A stretch of 64,000 nucleotides of DNA from Candidatus Amesbacteria bacterium. GTDB lineage: Bacteria > Patescibacteriota > Microgenomatia > CAZETR01 > Amesbacteraceae. Both the position numbers and the translations under genes were made by a program. Position 1 is the stretch's first letter. Each line of letters opens with the position of its first letter. Shown piece by piece: positions 49,051 through 58,182 of the stretch. The notes beneath the pieces are model-generated. The model was not told the DNA's origin and searched no databases. It was given only the letters and a program-made list of their open reading frames with translations. The stretch lies in NCBI GenBank assembly GCA_027371535.1, contig DAHXMV010000001.1:172825-236824 (forward strand), in the 5' to 3' direction.

Positions 49051-49434
49051 ATGTCTCCCCTACCTTATGAAACTTTTATTTTCAGCCAGCGATGCAGTGA
49101 ACCCGCTATCGAAGAATTTCTGAATCTTAACCCATCCCGGGACGGGGTATATACCACTGTGGTAGGGAATCAGGCTAACAGGGAAATACTGTTACAGGAA
49201 TTGGGTTTACCTTTAGATTTGAAAAATTGCCCGCCCATAGAGCATGGTTATAATAATAATGGAAGAGAATTCAGGGTTTTTTCCACAAACAGGCCAAACG
49301 TATATATCAGCCAGGAAAGAAAAAGTAAAAGATCGGGAAGAGAACCATGGAGTTATTTTCAGGTAAAGATGTTGGGGGTACATATCAACGAGGCATATCG
49401 GAAATCGATACAAAATTTTGATTTACACCGGTAA
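49051..49434 (+). CDS. hypothetical protein
   Basis: 127-aa ORF with no family. Lies at the edge of the low-GC island. Confidence 0.3.
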   Translation: MSPLPYETFIFSQRCSEPAIEEFLNLNPSRDGVYTTVVGNQANREILLQELGLPLDLKNCPPIEHGYNNNGREFRVFSTNRPNVYISQERKSKRSGREPWSYFQVKMLGVHINEAYRKSIQNFDLHR

Positions 49435-49727
49435 TCATTACGTGTTATAAAAAGGCAGGTGGTTCCCAGGAATATAACTTCGCCGTGGCCGATACGGAAA
49501 ATACTGCTAGATATCTGATTTATTTAACCGGTGAATTAATATGATAATGGACGAAAACCAAAGTATTTTTAGAACCATACCTGATTTCTTCCTCCCCTAC
49601 CAACAACGGAATTTCTTTAATTTCTTTGATTAATTTGTCGGAATCCTCATATCAGGTTCCGGAAATTCCGGTATAAACGAAGGATTTGCAAATTTGTCTT
49701 TTCTTATAACTAACCTTCTTTATAATT

Positions 49728-50318
49728 CTAAAAAGGTTCATATATCGAGGTATCCGGGTACACTGTACAAGTTTGGGCGCCTATATGAAAAGTTAAACTA
49801 TATCCTCTCTCATATTTGTCACCCGGTATTGTATCTGTTAACAACTCTGCATAGTATGCGTGAGTATCCTTAGGGTTATACGCCCGATAGTCAGTATTAA
49901 GATTCCCCCGGACCTTAATAGCCGTTAACTCATCGGGTGAAGGTCTTATTGTTGAAGTATCGTCACTAATGTTTAATGTTGACAACCGAACATGTTGGAG
50001 TTTGGTATATTTGCGGGCATTCTGAGTTATATATGAAATTAGGCATCCTTTTGCCGATGATAAACCAATCTCTTTATAACGAGACCGTAAATTGTTATCT
50101 TTCCATTCATTCGCAGACCCTCCATAGGCACAACCTAAACTATCACCACGACCACCGCAGTAAGACTGCCTGTAGCAAGTTTTATCAACTAAACAGCTAC
50201 CAGTCCTCAGAGAAAATTGGTCAATTAAAAAGTATCGGCTCACGGGAATTGCCAAACTTAATCCAATAACAATAGCCAGAGAACCAATTACCCAAAAACC
50301 ACGCTTAAGTACCTTCAC
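49728..50318 (-). CDS. hypothetical membrane-anchored extracytoplasmic Cys-containing protein (island cassette 1)
   Basis: N-terminal TM (FWVIGSLAIVIGLSLAI), 8 Cys, AT-rich codon usage. Preceded on its upstream side by direct repeat R1. Confidence 0.45.
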   Translation of the reverse strand: MKVLKRGFWVIGSLAIVIGLSLAIPVSRYFLIDQFSLRTGSCLVDKTCYRQSYCGGRGDSLGCAYGGSANEWKDNNLRSRYKEIGLSSAKGCLISYITQNARKYTKLQHVRLSTLNISDDTSTIRPSPDELTAIKVRGNLNTDYRAYNPKDTHAYYAELLTDTIPGDKYERGYSLTFHIGAQTCTVYPDTSIYEPF

Positions 50319-50398
50319 AAGAATAGCTTACCAGAATTTAGAAGAATTATTTGATGAGTTTGTTCTTAAAATGGAGGGTATGGATAAAGGTATTATAA

Positions 50399-50460
50399 CT
50401 ATATATGACCTTTAATTAGGATAGTGACATTTTTTGAAGTGTCATCAAAACAGGGTACCA
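50399..50460. repeat. direct repeat R1, copy of secA 3' end + flank (minus-strand reads stop-H-F-K-K-C-H-Y-P-N-stop)
   Basis: ctatatatgacctttaattaggatagtgacattttttgaagtgtca... aligns with R2 and with the genuine secA terminus (R3). Confidence 0.7.
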
Positions 50461-50482
50461 CAAAAAAGTTTGTTAAATACTA

Positions 50483-51535
50483 TTAAAAACCGGTTATTTG
50501 TCGGCTTATTTGTTTGCTGTAACAATCCCATTCTTTCTTCGGGTCGTTTAGGTTATTTTTCAAACAATCATTTGTTGTTGAATCCGGATACGATGACCTA
50601 TAACATTTATTGGCCTCTAAATAAAACTGCTGAAGGATAATAGTCATATCGCTATTTTCAATAGTACATGAGCCATCCAGTTTACCTGTAGGCTTACAAG
50701 TCTTATCCTCGGCTTTTCGTTTATTACTGTTTGCAACATCAAGGCAATTTCTTAAGAGATAATCATACGGAGTTGGAGTGGGGACCAGTGGAGTCAGCAC
50801 GAAAGTTTGTGCTATTTGTTGAAATATATTAACCATGTCTTCCTGAGTGGGGGTGGCACTGGGGGTGCCATAGATGGCTTTGTTATAAGCATTAACCATA
50901 TCTCCCCAATTGCTATCTTTATAAAAATCCATTTCCTGCATTGGATTTTGGTAATTTAGTTCCAGTCGGACATAGTAATATAGGTTGTTTCCGAGTATTT
51001 CATAAACCAGATACTGGGTTTTGGTAGACACTTCCCGGATCTGCATGTATTTTGCCTTGATTCCATCTATGAGCACCTCTTTTTCGCTTAATGCCTGAAA
51101 TGTTTTCCCGTCAATTTGGCTTTGGTTCGTATGAAATACTTTTATCGGGCTTTCAATACTCGAATAACCATAGGCATAAGCACAACTGCCCTCCCCAGGG
51201 AACTCAATATGGGGGGTCATCTCTGGGGGATAGGATATTTTATAACCATCGTATTTACATTCGTTCGTCTTCCAACCGACTGGGATTTGAACTTTTTTTA
51301 AATTTGGTCTTACTTGTGAAACTGAAGTTCGGCTAGTCATTTTCGTTCCAAGTAACATATAAAAACCAACGACAACGCACATAATTATTAATGCCGATAA
51401 TATAGTTATTAAAAATTTAAACTTATGAGTGGGTTTTTGATCTGTATTGGTCAAGATGTTCACTTCAGGCAACTGAGACGAAGACATTTGTGTTTGTTGA
51501 GAAGATTCGTCTGCTGACTGGAGAAAAGGTTCCAT
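50483..51535 (-). CDS. hypothetical membrane-anchored extracytoplasmic protein, Cys- and Tyr-rich (island cassette 2)
   Basis: TM at residues ~40-62. PTPTPY linker. 12 Cys. Low GC. Confidence 0.45.
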   Translation of the reverse strand: MEPFLQSADESSQQTQMSSSQLPEVNILTNTDQKPTHKFKFLITILSALIIMCVVVGFYMLLGTKMTSRTSVSQVRPNLKKVQIPVGWKTNECKYDGYKISYPPEMTPHIEFPGEGSCAYAYGYSSIESPIKVFHTNQSQIDGKTFQALSEKEVLIDGIKAKYMQIREVSTKTQYLVYEILGNNLYYYVRLELNYQNPMQEMDFYKDSNWGDMVNAYNKAIYGTPSATPTQEDMVNIFQQIAQTFVLTPLVPTPTPYDYLLRNCLDVANSNKRKAEDKTCKPTGKLDGSCTIENSDMTIILQQFYLEANKCYRSSYPDSTTNDCLKNNLNDPKKEWDCYSKQISRQITGF

Positions 51536-51701
51536 GTGTTTTAAGTATTACAAATGCAACTTTTAAAAGCAATTTACTACCATGTGGTAACCTAAAGTTG
51601 TCAGTAACCAGATCACTGAGGCTGGGAATCAGAAATTAGATTTGATCCGGTTTGTTCTTAACAACTAGATTTTGTTAGAAGTGTATTTTATTCCTATGTA
51701 T

Positions 51702-51758
51702 CGGCCTAATTAGGATAGTGGCATTTTTTGAAGTGTCAGCAATAATGGGTACCGTACA
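51702..51758. repeat. direct repeat R2, second copy of secA 3'-end-derived sequence (minus-strand reads stop-H-F-K-K-C-H-Y-P-N-stop)
   Basis: cctaattaggatagtggcattttttgaagtgtcagcaataatgggtacc is about 85% identical to R1 over ~50 bp. Confidence 0.7.
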
Positions 51759-51766
51759 GATTACGG

Positions 51767-52300
51767 TCACTTACAATCGGAATCGTCCAAATTTCCATAA
51801 TGAAGCGGGCCGGATTCTACAATTTTCAAATCAGAGCAGATGGTTGTCCTTTCAGTCTTAAAAAAGTTTAAATCCGACGCGTAACCATCGCGAGAAATCT
51901 TACAATTTGTATTTCTGTCTAATTTAACCCGATAAATTTCAGTTTGAGCATATGACTCCCATGTGGAATATTCCGAACGTAAAAAGGCCCCCTGACATCT
52001 GACTGATGCCTGAAGCAAACAGTTTACCTTAGCTTGGGTTGAATTTAAATCATCATACCGGGGGATGTTATTGTCACCTACTTGGGAAGGAAAACTAGCA
52101 CCGAATTTAATCGTTCCACAATTAAGCATGTTTAAATTTTTTAAATCATAATATTTATCTAATATCATTGGAAAAATAATGAAACCTGCAAATTTATATA
52201 AAAAATAAAAGACAACCGATATAACAAAAAACAGTATCACGATGAAAATGTATAACTTCCTCGGATTCTGGGCTTTTCTATCCTGTGCAAGTTTTTCCAT
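51767..52300 (-). CDS. hypothetical membrane-anchored extracytoplasmic Cys-containing protein (island cassette 3)
   Basis: TM at residues ~17-40. 8 Cys. Low GC. Confidence 0.45.
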   Translation of the reverse strand: MEKLAQDRKAQNPRKLYIFIVILFFVISVVFYFLYKFAGFIIFPMILDKYYDLKNLNMLNCGTIKFGASFPSQVGDNNIPRYDDLNSTQAKVNCLLQASVRCQGAFLRSEYSTWESYAQTEIYRVKLDRNTNCKISRDGYASDLNFFKTERTTICSDLKIVESGPLHYGNLDDSDCK

Positions 52301-52390
52301 TTTGACTACATCGTATCATTCTATGACTTATTCGACAATTTATATACAAAATAAACTAGAGTTATGTAATCACCAATATGTATATAGCGC

Positions 52391-52428
52391 CTATATATAG
52401 ACCTTAATTTGGATAGTGGCACTTTTTG
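52391..52428. repeat. R3: genuine secA 3' terminus (..KKCHYPN-stop) and 13 bp downstream, prototype of R1/R2
   Basis: ctatatatagaccttaatttggatagtggcactttttg overlaps secA codons for KKCHYPN plus the TAA (52404-52406). Confidence 0.7.
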
Positions 52429-55220
52429 TACTTCTTGCCTGAGCCGCACCAGCAGGGGTCGTTGCGGCCGAGGTTTTTGTGAGAATTCTGGGCGCCGACA
52501 TTCTCTAGCGTTTGGAATGCGGTCATAAATTCGGGAGAAACACTTTTCGGACCTTTGCCCAGAATGGTCTTCACTTTTTCGGCAGCCCCGGCATAAGCAG
52601 ATCCTGCCTGACGTCCGGCAACATCAAGATTGTCCGTAGGAGCAGTCGGAGAAGACATGTCAAATTCGGGTTTAAGCTCGATGATCTGCGGGGTCCGGAT
52701 TTGTTCCGGCTGGCCGATCTGAATTCTGAACAGGCGTTTGGAAAATTCCGTTTCAATCTGAGCTACCAAACGTTCAAACATGGCAAAGGCTTCGGCTTTG
52801 TATTCCACCAGGGGGTCACGCTGGCCATATCCCCGGAGGCCAATGCCCGAGCGGAGATCATCCACGGCATCCAGATGATCTACCCAGAGGTGATCGATAG
52901 AGGACAGGTAAGAGAACTTAATGATCTGTTTCCAATTTTCTTCACCCACCTGGTTTTTGCGGCTATCGAAAGCTTCGGCAATAATTTTATCGGTCATATT
53001 ACCGATTTCTTCAGCAGTACCCAGTTGTTTAAACTGATCGGAAAGGGCTGACTGAGACAAATCATCAAAAGGAATAATATCAACCAGGGCGGTAGTGATA
53101 GGCAAAACCTCCGATTCCACAATCCCCCTGGGGGCATAAATGGCAATGACGTTTTTGATGGTAGTCCGAAGTTTTTCCAAAATTTCCCCGTCGGTGATTT
53201 CGTAATTCAATACCCGATTTCTGAGACCATAAACAATTTCCCGCTGTTTATTCATGACGTCATCGTATTCGACGACACTTTTTCTGGCATCAAAATTAAA
53301 ACCCTCAACTTTCACCTGGGCCTGTTCGATTGCCCGGCTGACCATACCATGCTCGATCGGCTCGTCTTCGGGAATCTTTAAAAAATTCATAATTTTGGCA
53401 ACCTGCTCCCCGCCGAATATTCTCATGATATCGTCGTCCAGGGAGAGATAAAAACGGGTGGAGCCCGGATCTCCCTGGCGGCCAGAACGGCCCCGGAGCT
53501 GGTTATCTATTCTTCTGGATTCATGGCGCTCGGTACCGATGACAAACAGACCCCCCGAAGCCACTACTTCATCATGGACAGCCTGCCATTTGGCCAGAGC
53601 TTTCTTATATTCGGCGTCGGTAAGTTTATCCTCGCCCAGTACAAATTTCGGATTGGGCGGCGGGGTACCCCCTAATATAATATCCACACCGCGGCCGGCA
53701 ATATTGGTGGCAATTGTGACCGCGCCTTTGCGGCCGGCTTCGGAGATAATAACAGCCTCCCTTTCATGATTTTTGGCATTCAGGATCTGGTGGGGAATTT
53801 TTTTATGGGTCAATAAATCGGAGACAATTTCGTTCTTTTCAATCGAAGTGGTCCCGACCAGGACCGGCTGGCCGGAGTGGTAAATTTCAGCGATCTGTGA
53901 CGCCAGTGCCGAATATTTGGCCCGGGCGGTTTTGTAAACCACATCCGGCATATCAGACCTGACCATGGGTTTGTGGGTGGGGATGACGATGACTTCAAGT
54001 TTGTAAATTTTCTGTAACTCTTCGGCTTCGGTGGCCGCAGTCCCGGTCATACCGGCTAATTTTTCATACATTCTAAAATAGTTCTGGAAGGAGATAGTGG
54101 CCATGGTTTTGGATTCTTGCTGGATTTTTACATTTTCCTTGGCTTCGACGGCCTGATGAATGCCCTCCGACCAGCGGCGTCCGGGCATTAAACGGCCGGT
54201 AAACTCATCAACGATTACCACCTCACCGTCTCTGACTATATAGTCCTTGTCCCTGATAAACAGGGCCCGGGCTTTTAAGGCATTTTCCAGATGATGGATC
54301 ATCTCAAAATCCTTTTCGTAAAGATTATCCACATTCATAATTTTTTCCACTTTTTTTAAACCGTATTCGGTCAGATTGGCAGTGCGGTGTTTTTCATCAA
54401 TGGTATAGTCGGTATCGGGGGAAAGACGGTCCACCAGTTTGGCGAAATCGTAATATTTCTGGGTGGGTTCGGTGTCTGGCATGGAAATTATCAGAGGTGT
54501 CCTAGCCTCATCGATTAAAATAGAATCAACTTCGTCGACGATGGCGAAATGATGCCCGCGCTGAACTTTATCTTTCAAATCCCCGACCATGTTATCTCTT
54601 AAATAATCAAACCCGAATTCGTTATTGGTGCCGTAGGTAATATCGGCGGCATAGGCTTCCTGACGGGTGCAAGGCTTTAAGTGGGCCAGACGGTCATCTC
54701 CGTGACTGGGATCAAAATATGCCGGATCGTAGAGAAAAGACTGGTCATGAACAATGATACCGACAGATAATCCCAAAAGATGAAAAGTAGCGCCATTCCA
54801 GCCGCCATCACGCCGGGCCAGATAGTCATTAACGGTGACCAGATGTGCACCCTTTCCGGTCAGCGCGTTCAAATAAAGCGCGGGAACAGCAGATAAAGTT
54901 TTACCTTCGCCGGTTTTTTGTTCGGCCACCTTGCCTTCATGAAAGGCGGTGGCAGCCATTAATTGAACGTCAAAAGGCCGAAGGCCAATCCCCTTCATAG
55001 AAGCCTCGCGCACCAGGGCAAAGGCCTCGGGAAGCAAAGCATCCAAAGTTTCCCCCCCGGCAAAACGGGATTTAAATTCGGCAGTCTTGGCGGCAAAATC
55101 CTTGGGACTTTTAAGGTTGGTAAAATCCGGACCCAGCAGATTGATACCGTCGACTTTGACTTTTAACTTGTCAACTTCCCGCTGATTGAAATCCAGAAAT
55201 TTGGAAAAGATTTTGAGCAT
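52404..55220 (-). CDS. secA: preprotein translocase ATPase SecA
   Basis: 938 aa with DEAD-like motor motifs and the C-terminal zinc finger CWCGSGKKYKKCH. Confidence 0.9.
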   Translation of the reverse strand: MLKIFSKFLDFNQREVDKLKVKVDGINLLGPDFTNLKSPKDFAAKTAEFKSRFAGGETLDALLPEAFALVREASMKGIGLRPFDVQLMAATAFHEGKVAEQKTGEGKTLSAVPALYLNALTGKGAHLVTVNDYLARRDGGWNGATFHLLGLSVGIIVHDQSFLYDPAYFDPSHGDDRLAHLKPCTRQEAYAADITYGTNNEFGFDYLRDNMVGDLKDKVQRGHHFAIVDEVDSILIDEARTPLIISMPDTEPTQKYYDFAKLVDRLSPDTDYTIDEKHRTANLTEYGLKKVEKIMNVDNLYEKDFEMIHHLENALKARALFIRDKDYIVRDGEVVIVDEFTGRLMPGRRWSEGIHQAVEAKENVKIQQESKTMATISFQNYFRMYEKLAGMTGTAATEAEELQKIYKLEVIVIPTHKPMVRSDMPDVVYKTARAKYSALASQIAEIYHSGQPVLVGTTSIEKNEIVSDLLTHKKIPHQILNAKNHEREAVIISEAGRKGAVTIATNIAGRGVDIILGGTPPPNPKFVLGEDKLTDAEYKKALAKWQAVHDEVVASGGLFVIGTERHESRRIDNQLRGRSGRQGDPGSTRFYLSLDDDIMRIFGGEQVAKIMNFLKIPEDEPIEHGMVSRAIEQAQVKVEGFNFDARKSVVEYDDVMNKQREIVYGLRNRVLNYEITDGEILEKLRTTIKNVIAIYAPRGIVESEVLPITTALVDIIPFDDLSQSALSDQFKQLGTAEEIGNMTDKIIAEAFDSRKNQVGEENWKQIIKFSYLSSIDHLWVDHLDAVDDLRSGIGLRGYGQRDPLVEYKAEAFAMFERLVAQIETEFSKRLFRIQIGQPEQIRTPQIIELKPEFDMSSPTAPTDNLDVAGRQAGSAYAGAAEKVKTILGKGPKSVSPEFMTAFQTLENVGAQNSHKNLGRNDPCWCGSGKKYKKCHYPN

Positions 55221-55259
55221 AGGTGATCGGTTTGATATCAGCCTTAAATTATAACTTAA

Positions 55260-55877
55260 TTACCCACAAATTATTAGTAAATTGGTGAGTTTGCGGGCAA
55301 GTTCCACCCGGGGAAAAATAATTTTTAATTTTTCGACCAGATCTCCCGCTTTGGCCTGTTTTTCCGGATCATAAAAAAGATGGTTAAAAATGACGCAGGA
55401 TCCAAGCAACTTGAGTTTCCTGAGAAACTTGTCAGAATAGACAAATACGGGGAGCTGATCGCCATAGTACATATCAACGAGGATAAAATCGAAGCATGAT
55501 TTTTGATTCATGATATATGAATGGGCGTCGGCATTAATAATTTCCAGGCAGGGAATTTTAGTCAGATCCAAATATTTTTTTCCCAGGTCAATCATTAACG
55601 GATCAATCTCCACACCGGTGATTTTTTCGGGTCTTAATTTATCCGATATGGTTTTGGCTATAGTCCCGCCGGCCAAACCAAGAATAAGCCAGGATTTGTT
55701 TTTTTGACCATATTTGCTTAAGACTCCTTCCCAGACCTCCTTTACCAATCCCCCGCTCTGGGTAAGCATCCCCGTGGCAATATATTTATAGCCCCACCCG
55801 GAAATGACTTTGACATCACCACTATATTCGGACCGGCGGCGTTCTATAATTTTAGGTCCCAAATGTAACCAGGACAT
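55260..55877 (-). CDS. class I SAM-dependent methyltransferase, spermidine/spermine synthase-like
   Basis: ILGLAGGTIAK (a G-rich SAM loop) and VDMYYGD. 205 aa. Confidence 0.5.
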   Translation of the reverse strand: MSWLHLGPKIIERRRSEYSGDVKVISGWGYKYIATGMLTQSGGLVKEVWEGVLSKYGQKNKSWLILGLAGGTIAKTISDKLRPEKITGVEIDPLMIDLGKKYLDLTKIPCLEIINADAHSYIMNQKSCFDFILVDMYYGDQLPVFVYSDKFLRKLKLLGSCVIFNHLFYDPEKQAKAGDLVEKLKIIFPRVELARKLTNLLIICG

Positions 55878-55878
55878 A

Positions 55879-56328
55879 TCAGCCTGAACCGAGATCCCGC
55901 TGGCCCTCGTTTTTGTAAAAATAATACAGCAGAGCGCCTTTGGTTTTTCTCAAGGCGTGAATTTTTTTCAGAATCTGGATGTAAGCGTCGTGCAGGTGCT
56001 GATTTAAAAGCATGGGCAGTCTCAGTTCCAATTGCCTGACACGATGATCCAGGGCTTCTGTTCTGGCCATAAGCTGACCCTCGGCGGTCCGGGCTTTGAA
56101 AGCCTCCAGATCATCAAGATTATCCCATTCACCGGATTCTATACGGGACTGCAATTCTTTTTCGGGGCTGGCCGGTCCGGAATACTGTGACTGCTGGGAG
56201 GAAGGCGGGGCCGTAAAATCATGTTCATCCACCACTACCCCCTCCAGGACTTCATCCTCCCTGACAGTCTGCTCATTTTGGAAATTCAGCTGTCTGGCCA
56301 GATCGTCCGTGATAACTTGATTTACCAT
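55879..56328 (-). CDS. hypothetical acidic protein
   Basis: 149-aa ORF. No family. Confidence 0.35.
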   Translation of the reverse strand: MVNQVITDDLARQLNFQNEQTVREDEVLEGVVVDEHDFTAPPSSQQSQYSGPASPEKELQSRIESGEWDNLDDLEAFKARTAEGQLMARTEALDHRVRQLELRLPMLLNQHLHDAYIQILKKIHALRKTKGALLYYFYKNEGQRDLGSG

Positions 56329-56352
56329 TTCATCATTTTACCATTTAACAAT

Positions 56353-58176
56353 TTATTGATAGCTTTTGGCCTGCAGATTAAACAAGCGGGCATATTCCTT
56401 GCCGGCAGCCAATAGCTGGTCATGGGTACCGGTTTCAGTGATTTGACCGTGGTCTAAAACTATAATCTTATCCGCCCGACGGACAGTGTTGAATCTGTGG
56501 GATATAAAAATAAGAATTTTTTCCCGGCCAAGTTTTAGAACCTGATCAAAAATGTCTTCCTCGGCCTGCGGATCAACACTGGAAGTCGGTTCATCCAAAA
56601 TCAATATCTGAGAATCTTTGATCAGCGACCGGGCGATACCGATTCTTTGCCATTGACCCATGGAAGGTTTGATACCTTTTTCGTAATAAGGAGACAGGGG
56701 GGTATCGTAAGCTTTAGGCAACCCCATAATCCAACTGTCGATATCTGCCGTTTGGGCATATTGCCTGATTATCGGCAAATTGTCCACGTTTTCAATGTTC
56801 CCGACAGAAATGCTTTCCCGGGCGGAAAAATCATAACCTTCGAAATCCTGAAAGAGAACGGAAAGATTTTTCCACAGGCTCGCTTTGGAATATTTCGTGA
56901 CATCAGTGTTATCTATGAGGACATGGCCTCTGGTGGGTTTATAAAAACCGGCCAATAATTTAATCAAGGTGGTTTTACCGGCGCCGTTTAAGCCGACCAA
57001 GGCACAATTTTCCCGGGCAGAAATGTGCAAATTTACCCCCCGGAGGACAAAATTATCAGCGTGGGGATATTTAAACCAGACATCTGTAAACTTGATAGTA
57101 TGCCCGACGCCCGGGGAAAATGTCCGATTACCGGAAAGACCTGCTTCGGGATGCAGTTCTAAAAACCAGGTAAGATCCGCAACATACAGGAAATTTTCGT
57201 AAAACTGGATGATCGAGCCGACTAAATTGAATAAATTGGTGTTAAACGAAGAGATGGCCCGGATATAAGCCTGGGCAGAACCGACAGTAATTTTACCGAT
57301 TAATGCGTTATAGGCAAAATAAAAATCCAGGGAATAGGAAAAAATATTCTGCGGAATAACCACCAAACTACGGGAAACGATCCGTTCATGACTTAAAGAA
57401 TTCCAGGCGTCATTAATGGTTTTTTGCGTTGACACCAGACGGGAAACCAGATAATCGGAGATCTGTAAAAGGCGCAATTCCAGGTAACTTTTGGCCCGGA
57501 TCAAATAATAGGAAAGCATACCCCCCAACCGGTTGGGGGTTCTTAATTTTTCATTTATCCCGTAGCGTTTTCTGACCAAACGGGCGTCGATGAAAAATTG
57601 GGGAATGAGAGTCAGGATGGCAAAAACCACAATCCAAGGCTGGAAGAAAACGAAAATCAGCAGGGAAGAGATAATACCGCTGATACTACCGGGAAAATCC
57701 GCAAATGAGGAAACCAGGCGATAAGCCCGGCTGCTGCCTTCAGCCTGAATTTTCTGATAACGGTCCTGAAATTCTGGGTTTTCAATAGTGGGAATGTCCA
57801 AACTTGTATATTTTTCGGCCATCAGGGCGTCCAGCTTGGAACCGAATTCCCGGGAGAGAATGTCGTCATAATTTCCGGCTATCCGGCTCATCAGGCCGGT
57901 AAACATGCCGATAAATAACCGGGCCAGAACGACTAAACCGATTACCTGGAGAGCAGGAGCCAGATTTTTGACGCCGACATTTTTGATGATGGTATCGATA
58001 AAGATTTTATCCAGATAGACTGAGGGTAAAATCACGGCACTATACAAAATATTGGCAATAACAGTAATCAAAAAAGCCCTGGAATTTGTCTGCCATAAAA
58101 GCCGGCCCAAACGGCTGATTACAAAAACCAGCTGGCGGAAAGGCGACAACTCCTTTCCGGATAGATACGTCTGCAT
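56353..58176 (-). CDS. ABC exporter, fused permease/ATPase
   Basis: Six TM helices. Walker A GLNGAGKTT. Degenerate signature SMGQWQRIGIARSL. Walker B ILILDEPTSSVD. Confidence 0.75.
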   Translation of the reverse strand: MQTYLSGKELSPFRQLVFVISRLGRLLWQTNSRAFLITVIANILYSAVILPSVYLDKIFIDTIIKNVGVKNLAPALQVIGLVVLARLFIGMFTGLMSRIAGNYDDILSREFGSKLDALMAEKYTSLDIPTIENPEFQDRYQKIQAEGSSRAYRLVSSFADFPGSISGIISSLLIFVFFQPWIVVFAILTLIPQFFIDARLVRKRYGINEKLRTPNRLGGMLSYYLIRAKSYLELRLLQISDYLVSRLVSTQKTINDAWNSLSHERIVSRSLVVIPQNIFSYSLDFYFAYNALIGKITVGSAQAYIRAISSFNTNLFNLVGSIIQFYENFLYVADLTWFLELHPEAGLSGNRTFSPGVGHTIKFTDVWFKYPHADNFVLRGVNLHISARENCALVGLNGAGKTTLIKLLAGFYKPTRGHVLIDNTDVTKYSKASLWKNLSVLFQDFEGYDFSARESISVGNIENVDNLPIIRQYAQTADIDSWIMGLPKAYDTPLSPYYEKGIKPSMGQWQRIGIARSLIKDSQILILDEPTSSVDPQAEEDIFDQVLKLGREKILIFISHRFNTVRRADKIIVLDHGQITETGTHDQLLAAGKEYARLFNLQAKSYQ

Positions 58177-58182
58177 AAATTA

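Noticed and set aside
50399-52428. The 55-bp repeats as ordinary promoters or terminators of a paralogous gene family
   Set aside because: The three downstream proteins are not paralogous. The repeat also reproduces coding sequence of secA, including its stop codon, which points to duplicated target or att sequence and not to a shared regulatory element.
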